Assembly: GCA_009103225.1 (NCBI GenBank)
Contig: RHPI01000585.1
Location: 124,001 to 188,000, forward strand
DNA from: Chlorokybus atmophyticus
Taxonomy: Eukaryota; Plantae; Mesostigma and Chlorokybus algae
DNA: 64,000 bases
Reading direction: 5' to 3'
Shown: positions 1 to 10,089 of the stretch, in pieces
Layout: each line of letters opens with the position of its first letter
Position numbering within the stretch: the stretch's first letter is position 1
Made by a program: the position numbers and the translations under genes
Notes under the pieces: generated by a model
Told to the model about the DNA's origin: nothing
What the model saw: the letters and a program-made list of their open reading frames with translations, nothing else
The model's database searches: none

Positions 1-235
1 ACAATGTGTGCATACAACATCAGTTGCAACACCATGTCAATGGTGCCATGTGCGCCTGTGTCCACTCCCATATATATGTCAAGCAGTGCACAGCACTTGT
101 TCATGTGTTGGTGCACAGCACATGTGCTGTTACTATTGCATTGAACAACCAGCTGCAATGGGCACGGTGCATACCTGTGAGTTCTACTTAAGGTTTGCTT
201 CACGTTAGACCATTGATGCAATTGTGCGCCTACAG

Positions 236-428
236 GCGCTCCGTTACAGAAGAGGGGAGCACCCAGTTCCAGCGTGGACGCGGTCGTGGTGGCTACGGCC
301 GCGGTGGTCGTGGTGGTTACGGTCGCGGAGGCGGCTACAACAATCAACAGGCTGCGCCCGCTCACCAGGAAGCGCTGGCATACTATGTCCCCGTGCAAGA
401 GCAGCCACGCCTAGCATTGCAGCAGTAA
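236..428 (+). CDS. Probable last exon of the DIRS gag-like ORF (RGG-rich)
   Basis: After a CTACAG acceptor (AG 234-235) the frame reads QFQRGRGRGGYGRGGRGGYGRGGGYNNQQ to TAA at 426-428; lies just upstream of pol. Confidence 0.4.
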
Positions 429-618
429 GTCATGCTGCCAGTACAGCTGCCGAGTAGCTACAGTGCAATAGCAGAAGATGTCGACAGGTGCTGGTGTGTA
501 TCATAGCTGGCGCAAGCGCGCATGTATGCATGTATGCGCGCAACTGCGCATGTATGCATGTTTGGATGATGTATTATAGTGTACTTGAAGTGCAGCTGTT
601 CATGGCTGACAATGGCAT

Positions 619-3036
619 GTGTGTATGATACACACAGCTGTATGTTACTTGACAGGGTTATTTCGCATACGAAAGGCCAATAGTCACTTCTGGTATAGCT
701 TAATTGATTGGCATGTGCGCAGACATAGCACATCTGAAGAACTCGTCGCTATTAGTGCCATTCTTGAGGATGATTGCATGCAAGCAGAGTGGGATCCTGC
801 AATGCCAGCTTTGGCAGTGGACCCTTTGTCCCCACCAGAGGAGCACACTGATGTTATTACACAAGTGCCACACACTGTTGCGAGCTTACCTATTGCACAG
901 CAACAAGAGGACATTCGTTCAGTATATGCGGAGTTGTCACAAGTGTCAACAGGCTTTGAAGAGCATCCCAGCTCAGCAACCCAATGGGCAGAGCAGCTAC
1001 ACACCGAAACTCTTAATGCGGAAAATTTTGTAGCAGCCTCATTGCAGCAGAAGCTCGCAGCATGGACCACATGGTTTCACTTGACGATGCAAAGCAAGAA
1101 GACATTTGTGCTTGACTGGTTGCGTTACGGGTATCGCTTACAATGGGTCGGCACTCAAGCATCGGATAGACGCAAGTGGGAAGAAGTACATGCATTGTTA
1201 CAGGCCGAAGGCTTTGCTGTTGAGGATATTACAATTATGCTGTCACGCAATTCCCCAACACCAGTTGTGTTTCGAAATCGCAAGTCCGCTTCTATACATC
1301 GCGAATACGTTGTCAGTGAGTTGGCAAATTTGGTGACAACAGGAGCAATCTCTGTAGTTAATGCGCACAGCGCGGCAGTGGTCACTGGCATAGGAGTGGT
1401 TGAGCAGGAAAAACGTTTGCGACTCATTATGGACCTGAGGTATATCAACCTCTTTTTGCGCCACATTCCCTTCAACTATGAGAGGTTGCGCGATATATTG
1501 CTGTACACAAAGCGCCACTTTTGGCAAGTAACAGCGGACTTGAAGTCGGGTTATCATCATGTGCCCATTCATGAGGACAGCAAGCCTTACTTGGCTTTGC
1601 GATTTGCTGGAGTCACATACAGGTGGAATGTGCTGCCATTTGGCCTGAGTCAAGCATGCTGGCTGTTTACGAACTTGATGTCCACTGTCTTCACGCCTTT
1701 ACGGGCTATGAGCTTTCCATGCCTTTCCTATATTGATGACATGCACTTCAGCCATTCCAATCGTTGGCATTTGTGCTGGCGCATTCGCCGCGTACTGCGT
1801 CTGTTTAAGGTGCTTGGAATATATATTTCTGTGAAGAAAAGCCAGTTGTGGCCGGAGCAGGTGGTACAGATGTTGGGTCTGCTGGTGGACACTGTAGCAG
1901 GCTCTTTTGCTATTCCTGCAAGCAAGCTGACCAAGCTATTGCAGCTGATGAAAGAGTTAGCAGAAGCTCCTATATTGACCAAGCGTCATCTGGCACGCAT
2001 TGCTGGCAAATTGATTGCGCTAAGACTAGCTTTTGCACCTGCAAGCATTTATGCTCGCCAGCTGATGCGTTTAGCGTTGGTTGCTGATGCATGGGACGAT
2101 ACTGTGAGTGATACGAACGCCTTCAGACACTTCTGTGAGTGGACTGCTGCTGGCTTGCAGACTTACAATGGCAACGCTTGGTGGAAGCCCCCCGTACTGC
2201 TTGAGCTGCACGTGGATGCTTCGGGTACCATTGGTTGGGGGGCGACAGGTCCTTGGCCTCGCATGGCAGGCAACTTTCAGCCTGAGCATATGTCGCTGCC
2301 TTCGGCCATCAAAGAGGCACTCGCTTATGTCCAAGCATTTACTGAAGTAGCACGCACGCACGATCTTCAGCACTGTACAGTGCGCATTATTGGCGATTGT
2401 CAACCAGCGATTCAAATGCTCAACAAGCTGTCTGCTTCTGAGCCTCATATCCTACAAGCTTTACATCAATTGTGGTCTTTGTGCTGGGAGCGTGATATTG
2501 CGCTGACATGTGTGTGGCGCTCACGTGATGAGCTGCGTGATGCGGATGCATTATCTAAATTTACTGACAGAGGAGATTGGGCCCTGACCGCAGACGCAAC
2601 CGCGCTTGTACAACAACGTGTTGGACACCCAATTTTGGATTGTTTTGCAGCTGATTGGAACAGCAAAGCACCTGCTTATTTGAGTTACATACACATGCCT
2701 GGAAGTTTGGGCAATGCTCTTACTACAAACTGGCGCGATGTTCTTCAACGCTTAGGGGGCGGCTTTGTTTGGTGTCACCCGCCATTGGCCCTCCTGCATG
2801 AAGCCATAGCATTATTGCAATATTACCAGCTGCCAGCTGTGGTGTTGGTGCCTGAATGGCACTCTGCTGTGTGGTGGCCAGTGTTCCGCAACTGGCAATT
2901 CACTTATTATGAGAGATTAGGCCCACGGCCCGAATGGTTTGAACGTGGTGCTCGAGTACCCGAAAACAGCATCAACCCTGGACGCTACCCATACATTTGT
3001 GCTTTTGTGCATTGGGTAAGCGCACCTTTCGTGTAG
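619..3036 (+). CDS. DIRS pol: reverse transcriptase + RNase H + N6-adenine methyltransferase-like domain
   Basis: 805-aa open frame. RT: RLIMDLRYIN, ADLKSGYHHV, LPFGLSQA, YIDD. RNase H: LHVDASG, KEALA, IIGDCQ, ADALSK. C-terminal MT: DCFAADWNSK...WCHPP. True start uncertain. Confidence 0.92.
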   Translation: MCMIHTAVCYLTGLFRIRKANSHFWYSLIDWHVRRHSTSEELVAISAILEDDCMQAEWDPAMPALAVDPLSPPEEHTDVITQVPHTVASLPIAQQQEDIRSVYAELSQVSTGFEEHPSSATQWAEQLHTETLNAENFVAASLQQKLAAWTTWFHLTMQSKKTFVLDWLRYGYRLQWVGTQASDRRKWEEVHALLQAEGFAVEDITIMLSRNSPTPVVFRNRKSASIHREYVVSELANLVTTGAISVVNAHSAAVVTGIGVVEQEKRLRLIMDLRYINLFLRHIPFNYERLRDILLYTKRHFWQVTADLKSGYHHVPIHEDSKPYLALRFAGVTYRWNVLPFGLSQACWLFTNLMSTVFTPLRAMSFPCLSYIDDMHFSHSNRWHLCWRIRRVLRLFKVLGIYISVKKSQLWPEQVVQMLGLLVDTVAGSFAIPASKLTKLLQLMKELAEAPILTKRHLARIAGKLIALRLAFAPASIYARQLMRLALVADAWDDTVSDTNAFRHFCEWTAAGLQTYNGNAWWKPPVLLELHVDASGTIGWGATGPWPRMAGNFQPEHMSLPSAIKEALAYVQAFTEVARTHDLQHCTVRIIGDCQPAIQMLNKLSASEPHILQALHQLWSLCWERDIALTCVWRSRDELRDADALSKFTDRGDWALTADATALVQQRVGHPILDCFAADWNSKAPAYLSYIHMPGSLGNALTTNWRDVLQRLGGGFVWCHPPLALLHEAIALLQYYQLPAVVLVPEWHSAVWWPVFRNWQFTYYERLGPRPEWFERGARVPENSINPGRYPYICAFVHWVSAPFV

Positions 3037-4266
3037 GTAACGGTGCATGATAACAGAACTTCTCCATGTGCCTTGAGCTTGTATTTCTTCCAGAGTAACG
3101 CCACAGCGGAAGGCGCTCTGAGCGGCACCACGTCTGAAAGAGTGCAACCCCAGGTGCGGCCTATATATGCCACATGCCTTGCAGCAGCGCGCAATTGCAT
3201 GGTATGCACAGTTACCAGACATGCTATGTTCTTCCCACTTCAACCTATTCTTCGCAACAGGCCGAAATAGAGGACCAGCGGTGATGGCAAAGCAGCTCCC
3301 GCGACAGTAGGTCAAATAGGCATAGAGCACTTCAGAGAACTCCACAGGCAAACCACTGCTGCGCACTGGTATAGTGGGTGCACCTCCAGTGCTGTAATTC
3401 TTGAGATGTGTTACAGTGGCCGTCAACCCAGAACCTGCCGCTTGTATCTCGTGCATCTGTAAACGCGCACCTTCACCACCCCGTTGCCATGTGCACCATA
3501 GGTATAGGCAAAGTGCATAGTCGCGCCAGAGCACAGCCTTATCATGTGTGACTGTCAGTTGCTGAGGTATGGTAAACAGCTGGTGTTGGAAGTATGCGAT
3601 AAGCGTTCGCATGTCATCAATTGCCAATGGCACAGCAGGAATAGGTTGAACTCCTTGCCGAGCAGCAATCTTTGCATATCCTTGACGGAACTCGCGCACG
3701 TCTATGGACAGAAGCGGGTTCCCTGTGGATGTGTCGCTGTCCCATGGGCTGATGCGCCCTAGAAGTCTGAAGGAGCATGTGAGATGTGAGATCACATTGT
3801 CTAGTGTGGTGCTGGCGATCATGCGATGACCATGGCGGTCGAGCCTGCGAGCTTTGCCGATGTGTGTGTCGGTCCAGTGCCCAGCAAGGTAGCTTGTGAC
3901 AATAGCTGGGGTGACGTTGGCGACGGCAATGTTGAGCTCAGGATGTTGCAGGTAGTTGGCAAACTCTTGCCAGACGCGATCGCGTTGGTCGCGAGTGCCA
4001 TCAGATACAGCTTCACGACTGATGCGCTCTACTTCCAAAAGCGCTGCTGCTGCTCGCTCTCGCAGATTACACCCCATTACTTGCTGTGGACGCACAGTCG
4101 CGCGTGCGGTGCGTTGTGCATCAGCGGTATGTTGCAAGCGCTGTGCGAAGTCCATCTGCACAACGATCACACACATTGTCAGACGACTGCGCGCAGCACT
4201 CTGCGCAAGGATCAAACACTGTGTCAGGCAACCAAACAAAACTATCTTGATTTGCAACTTTGGCAA
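2917..4266 (-). CDS. Tyrosine recombinase (DIRS integrase) with N-terminal SAM-like region
   Basis: 449-aa ORF with WQRGGE (catalytic R), HLKN, HSFRRGAAQ (HxxR) and GTWRSSVIMHRY (W...Y); real start probably MDFAQRLQ. Confidence 0.9.
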   Translation of the reverse strand: MPKLQIKIVLFGCLTQCLILAQSAARSRLTMCVIVVQMDFAQRLQHTADAQRTARATVRPQQVMGCNLRERAAAALLEVERISREAVSDGTRDQRDRVWQEFANYLQHPELNIAVANVTPAIVTSYLAGHWTDTHIGKARRLDRHGHRMIASTTLDNVISHLTCSFRLLGRISPWDSDTSTGNPLLSIDVREFRQGYAKIAARQGVQPIPAVPLAIDDMRTLIAYFQHQLFTIPQQLTVTHDKAVLWRDYALCLYLWCTWQRGGEGARLQMHEIQAAGSGLTATVTHLKNYSTGGAPTIPVRSSGLPVEFSEVLYAYLTYCRGSCFAITAGPLFRPVAKNRLKWEEHSMSGNCAYHAIARCCKACGIYRPHLGLHSFRRGAAQSAFRCGVTLEEIQAQGTWRSSVIMHRYLHERCAYPMHKSTNVWVASRVDAVFGYSSTTFKPFGPWA

Positions 4267-4332
4267 TACAAATACACCAGGCTCTACACCTACAACTCGT
4301 CCCTACTGATATATGCTTGGGAGGGGGAGGTA

Positions 4333-4500
4333 GAATGTTCAATGCATTCGCAGTTGTTCATCGTGTAAATCATACTTATAACGATGAACGCGTATGATCG
4401 TAGGGCTTAGGTGTTCTTGCCAAAGTTGGACTGTAGGTAGGATAATTGTTTGAAACAAAAGGAATGTAAATCGTCCATCGTGTGCAAAGTAGTATAATGG
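4333..4500 (+). repeat. Split direct repeat unit B1
   Basis: 168 bp matching 4934-5101 with one mismatch seen (TCGTCC vs TCGTTC). Confidence 0.9.
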
Positions 4501-4933
4501 GCATTACTCGTCGGCTTCAACCATTGGCCGGCGAGTTTTCGTTTAACAAATTAATAAGTAAGTGATTAATACGTATAGTTTAAGTTAGGGTTTGCCTCTG
4601 TTGCTTGACACACACGTGTCAAGCAACAGAGCAGTTGAGGCCGTCACCTCAGCGGCGGCGTTGTTGGCGACGCTGCTGGCGACGGCGAAAATTCGCCCTT
4701 CCCGCCCCACCCTGATGCGCCGCCGCGCTTCACAAGAACTATGCGCCTCGTCTCAATTGCGCTTTCAAGTTCATGCTCATGCTCAGGAACGAGATAAATG
4801 GATCGTGATTCTAAATGCATTCGTCTCGGTTGAATAGGATCCGGGTTGCGTCAATGGCGTGCTGCTGACCGTGCAATTACGTTGTTACATCGACGGCATT
4901 TCGCTTCATTGCTAGCCACCGTCGGTACATCCC

Positions 4934-5101
4934 GAATGTTCAATGCATTCGCAGTTGTTCATCGTGTAAATCATACTTATAACGATGAACGCGTATGATC
5001 GTAGGGCTTAGGTGTTCTTGCCAAAGTTGGACTGTAGGTAGGATAATTGTTTGAAACAAAAGGAATGTAAATCGTTCATCGTGTGCAAAGTAGTATAATG
5101 G
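4934..5101 (+). repeat. Split direct repeat unit B2 (right end of DIRS element)
   Basis: Copy of 4333-4500; the similarity stops abruptly after ...TAGTATAATGG. Confidence 0.9.
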
Positions 5102-5589
5102 TGATTGCTGGGGAAACGCCAGCAACACATGCCAGCATGGCGCTCTGGACCGGTAGATACTTATGCCGACGACAAGCCCAGTGAGTGAATGGGCCGCTAC
5201 CACCCACCCTTGGCAGTGGCCCGCACACCGACCGTGGACATTGCACACAGCACAGACCAAGCAGGGAGTGCCGTCGTACATTCGTCAATCCGTCATGTGC
5301 TTTCCTTCATGCTACCGGTAGGTAGCATTGCTAGGTCTTACGTATTCCATTAGGCATTCATCTAATAAGCTGTTGTTAATGTCACAGTCAACGGGATGAT
5401 GGATTTTTATAGTATTCGAAGGCGTTGTTTACACGTTGTGCACAAGTGTACGAAGATGGTATGCTGCATGCTGCCCCATGCGAACAGGTATGCCTTGCAG
5501 CTTTGAGCGTGCTTGCGCTTGTCTGCCATGCTGCCTCTGCCCCTCCCCTCCGCTCATTACAAGCACGTAGCTAGTGCACATAGTTAGTT

Positions 5590-5813
5590 TTTGCTATTGC
5601 CTTGTAATTGAGTTGCTCTTGTTCTGTCCTGTTGTGCTTGGTGGTGCTCGTGCTTGGCTTGCGGTGCGTGCATGCTTTATAGACGTCTGAACAGCGTATC
5701 CTTGGGATGTCATGCATCACAATGTATGGTGTGCTATTGCCCTTGTAATCGAGCTGCTCTTGCCCGTGTGTTTGGTGGTGCTTTTGCTTGGCTTGCGGTG
5801 CGTGCATGCTTTG
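5590..5813. repeat. Degenerate tandem duplication (~140-bp period)
   Basis: GCTATTGCC(C)TTGTAAT...GCTTGGCTTGCGGTGCGTGCATGCTTT occurs at ~5590-5680 and ~5731-5813. Confidence 0.6.
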
Positions 5814-6581
5814 TTAACAACTAGACATCATATGCATGAGATGTTATGCATCACAACGCATGGTGTGTTATTGAAAAAGCACCCACAACACCACACCTGA
5901 CATGATCTTCCGTTGAGCTATGTTACATATGCTACTTCTACTACTCTACTCGCCTTCCCCGTTAGTCACACAAGCATGCAAGTGTTAAAGTCAGCACTTG
6001 CACCGCATGTAACAGCAGCGTCAGTCACGGTCGTGCTTCACAGCCATTCCAGCATGCAGTCAGCAGCATGTGCATGTGCAAATCCCTCCGCCCCTCTCCG
6101 TCCTTTCCTCTCCTCCTCCTCCCTCCGCTCTCTCCCTCATCACTGTAACGATACCACTCACTTACTTGCTGGGCGGCTTGGCAAACTTATGCACAAGCAC
6201 AAGGACTTACTACTGGAAGCCCTACCAGCGTCATTGGTGCAGTACCTTGCAGAGGAAGTCACAGCACCGCACCAAGGAAGGAGAGGATGACACCAACCTC
6301 TCTACTCAGCTCCCACACACTCACACACTCAAGCACACCTCACACACATGTGCAAAGCTGCCACGGACATCACACCCCACATGGCATGGGAGGGAGAGCC
6401 CCTTCAACAACTAAACTAGGCACCCCACACACAAGAGTCGAATATGCATGCTGAGCTGCCTCAACACATGTTGAGGCCGTTTATATACCCTCTCTTTGCT
6501 GCTCTCCGACCTAGAACATCCAAGTCCAAGGCTACATGCCTTGTCATGGCTGCGTTGACCACAACTCATGTCTAGGGCTGC

Positions 6582-6743
6582 CACATCAGCCCTTAGACCT
6601 CTTTTGACGCCCAAGACTGATCACACATCAGCCTCGGACATTGTAAACGTCCCTAGGCTGGTCACATCAGCCTAGGACATCACACACATCATCCTTGGAC
6701 GTTGTGAACGTCCTTGGCTGGTCACATCAGCCTAGGACATCAT
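6582..6743. repeat. Short tandem repeat (~60-bp unit built from CACATCAGCCTAGGACAT)
   Basis: Near-duplicated units at ~6622-6682 and ~6683-6743 plus a partial unit at ~6582. Confidence 0.65.
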
Positions 6744-7220
6744 ACTCATGCATACATATGCATCCCTTTGCATACATATGCGCGCATATGCACACATATG
6801 CGCATGCATGCATATACATGCATACATCTAGTACATACCTCTCATGCACGCATATGCACTCATATGCGTACATGTGCACACATATGCAAACACATGAATA
6901 CACATGCGGACATATGCACACAAATGTCTCTGTACATCACATGATGTCTCATCGGCTATAATCAGCCCTGCGCTTGCCATCATGCCTAGTGTAGTTCATT
7001 ATGCTCAAGGCCGCACAGGCTCTAGAGCATTAGACCTACATGAGAGCACACCCACAAGCACTACACACGCTTGCCCCACTTGGTCTCATCTTACTTACCA
7101 CATAAGTAAGGGACAGAGAATGACTTTTGCCTGCCCTGTGGGCGTGACAATCACGCTTCCTCACTTATACCACCGTGGGCTGCGCCTGCCGCTGCATGCC
7201 GATGCTGTAACCCTTGCTGC

Positions 7221-7453
7221 TGTCGGGTCGAGGAGAGTCGAGGGTCACACTGTCTCAGACCGCTGCAGGGAAAGACATGCTTGCTAGCCCTGTTGCTGCA
7301 ACATGTTGTAACATGTAGCAAAAGTAAAAGATAACCCAGCTCGTATGGCGAGGAGTGCTTGGTGGAGCTGCTCCAATGTTGCTGAATCACACGGACGGAT
7401 GTGGAGGCGGTGTCCTCCTTAGTGTACATAATGTGCTGTAGGACACACAATCA
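7221..7453 (-). repeat. LTR-like repeat, distal copy (TG...CA)
   Basis: 233 bp, highly similar to 8045-8275; shared sequence starts TG and ends CA on the minus strand. Confidence 0.8.
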
Positions 7454-8044
7454 ACAAGCCACTACTATAGGTAGTGATGTTTACACAGTTCTTTGCATGG
7501 GCGGAAAATGTGTTACAGTGTTAAGTGAGGTGAATGAGCAAGCAACACGTGCCCTTACTGATGCCAACAAACACACTGCAACCAGGCACATCAAGCTCAC
7601 GGCAATAACAAGTATGATGCACACGAGCATATACAGGCTCTAACACAGTGAGGGGGTTCTTAGTAACCGAGATGACGTGTTCGCAGTTCAAGTCGTTTCA
7701 GAAGCTCTTAGCTTTCTCACTCACAATGTCACCAGCCCCATCCGGTGAACACCGTGACTACTTATACAAGTCAAATCATGACTGTTTAGAACATAAGCTA
7801 ACGGTCATATCGAGGCTATTTTCACAGCAATCACCACTTGATATATAACACAACTTATAACTGAACTCACAGATGAACAGCTACGCGCGGTGTTTATGTA
7901 GGCTATTGTCGTGAGCTACTCTAGAGTCATGACCTAGCTACTGGTCAATGACGCACGCGCGTGGTATGCTGGTAGGCCGGGCGATGGTTTCGATGTAAGC
8001 ATGCTTGATGAAGGCTGGTATGCGCGGGCAATAGGCATGACAAC

Positions 8045-8275
8045 TGTCGGGTCGAAAAGAGTCGAGGGTCACACTGACTCGAACCTCTGCAGGAAAAGAC
8101 ATGCTTGCTAGCCCTATTGCTGCAACATGTTGTAACATGTAGCAAAAGTAAAAGATAGCCCAGCTCGTATGGCGAGGAGTGCTTGGTGGAGCTGCTCCAA
8201 TGTCGCTGAATCACACGGACATGTGGAGGCGGTGTCCTCCTTTGTGTACATGCTGTGCTATAGGACACACAGTCA
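8045..8275 (-). repeat. LTR-like repeat, PPT-adjacent copy (TG...CA)
   Basis: 231 bp, starts 5 nt after the polypurine tract; similar to 7221-7453. Confidence 0.8.
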
Positions 8276-8329
8276 ATAGACCACCCCCCTGGAGCTTCTG
8301 GGGAGGTTCCAGCTCCAGAGCTCAGCTGA

Positions 8330-9380
8330 TAATGCAGGTGAGGAGGACCGTTGGTGCGGCAATCGTCGCACCAGCACTCCATGGGTAATGCGTTCAATGG
8401 GGGCTTCAGACAGTAGCAATGCAGGCCCTTGTTACAGCCATCGCAGAGCATCATGAGTGCGTCATCGCCGGCGCTGCCGCAGCGTTCACAGCGTGTGCTG
8501 CGGGCGGGGCGAGGGTGCTGGATGCGCGCAAAGCCAGCTATGTAAGGAAGATGACATGGCGCGCAGTTCATCATGTTGTCTTTCAACCTCTCGTCGTTTT
8601 CACCGAGGAGGTCCAGCACTCCTGTGGGTTACACCTTGAGTACCTTGTAGACGGTGCGGCCCACCGAGGTGTCGAGCGTGTCCTTGGTGGCTGCCATGCA
8701 AATGGTGCGGCCCACGGAGGTGTCGAGCGTGTCCTTAGTGGCTGCCATGCAGTAGGCAAAGTCCCCTGCTTAAAACCGCCGTTGGCGCTCCTTGTAGAAG
8801 CCGCTCCGCACGCGATTGTAGCGCAGGGTGTCGCGGTGCTGTGCGATGCGTAGGTTATTAAAGGCCCTTGGGACAGTGTGCTTGAACAGCGCGGCGCGTG
8901 TGGTAATGTCGTGGTGCATCCAGTTGGGATCGTTGAGGTTGTTCACCACTCGATCTACTTCCTGTTGTGCACGAAAAGGAAGCAATGGCGGACGCCCGAA
9001 CAGTAGGTAGTATAGGCTGTACTCGCGCAGAGCCGCATGCTTTAACAATCGGTATCCAAAGGCCACCCACGGGATGTGGTCGTCCCCAAGTGTTCTTCTC
9101 GTATTCCAGCATATACTTGCGGAGTGCCTTCTTGATCGTCTGCACTATCCGCTCGGCGAGACCGTCGGCTTGGGGGTGGTCACGCGAAGTGCGGCGATGA
9201 TCGATGTAGCATCTGTCCAACAGGTTGTCGAACTCCCCTTTGAACTCAGTGCCTTCGTCGGTAATGACCTCAGCGCAGCTGCCAAACCGGCTGAGGACAT
9301 GGGAGAGGAAGGCTTGAGACACCCCCCTGCTGCTCTTGTAATGGGGTAACGGGTAATGGCACCAGCTCCACCCATTTGAA
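8330..9380 (-). pseudogene. G1 integrase core + C-terminal domain + PHD finger (frameshifted)
   Basis: ITDEGTEFKGEF, HPQADGLAERIVQTIKK, SLYYLLFGRPP, RYNRVRSGFY, then CERC...CDGC...HCYC...CDDC. Confidence 0.85.
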
Positions 9381-9382
9381 CG

Positions 9383-9900
9383 CATTCTTCAGTCCGAAGG
9401 GCATGACCTTTCACTGGTACAGCTGCCGGTTGCCCCAAAAAGAGGTCTTGTACTACTTGTCCTCCTCCTTGATGGTGATTTGGATGTATCCTTGTCGCAT
9501 GTCCATGATGCTGAAGACAGTACAGTCTCCTACATCATCAAAGATACCCTCTGCAGTATGCATTAGATACCTGTCTTGTTTTGTCTTGTTGTTGAGGGGG
9601 CGATAGTCGCCGCACATACGCCGTTCTGCCCAATTGCCTGCTGAATCCTTCTTCAGGGGCATGACGGTCGCGGCCGCAACGTCCGATGTGGACTCCTCAA
9701 TTAGGCCTGCATCTAGCAGAGCCTTGCACCTCTGTTCCACCAAGTCTTCTTCAAACTTGGAGAGTTGGTACTGTCAGCGAAACACCGGTTCGGTGCTCAC
9801 CAACTCGATGTCCATTTGGTAAACCAAGCAAACGCCCAGGTCTTTCATGCTGAAGCTGAACTGACTCCTCCACTTGTTGAGGAGAGCCTCAAGTTATTCT
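9383..9900 (-). pseudogene. G1 reverse transcriptase N-terminal fragment
   Basis: AATVMPLKKDSAGNWAERRMCGDYRPLN, FSIMDMRQGY, VMPFGLKNA, then a direct jump into integrase. Confidence 0.85.
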
Positions 9901-10089
9901 CGTATCTGGCCTGTAGCCAGTGGTCTAATGGCATGGAACCAAGAGGTAGCACTGGCGACTATTGGGATGTCCTCCACAATGACTGCTGCCTGCTCCTCCA
10001 TATGTGCGATTTCGAGGGCGGTGTGTGCCGCTCTGGTCTCGCGCACGTGATCGGCCCACCCCCCCGCCAGGTGTTCGAGCTCCTGAGAG

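Larger units (their letters stand above)
1..5101 (+). mobile_element. DIRS-order (PAT/kangaroo-like) tyrosine-recombinase retrotransposon; 5' end lies outside the window
   Basis: RT-RNaseH-MTase ORF (619-3036, +), convergent tyrosine recombinase ORF (2917-4266, -), and a 168-bp direct repeat at 4333-4500/4934-5101 that fits the B1-A2-B2 end of a split direct repeat. Confidence 0.9.

Noticed and set aside
7221-8275. R-S-R blocks (also 56524-57596) as independent TRIM insertions
   Set aside because: No target-site duplication, and each block directly follows the PPT of a Gypsy element
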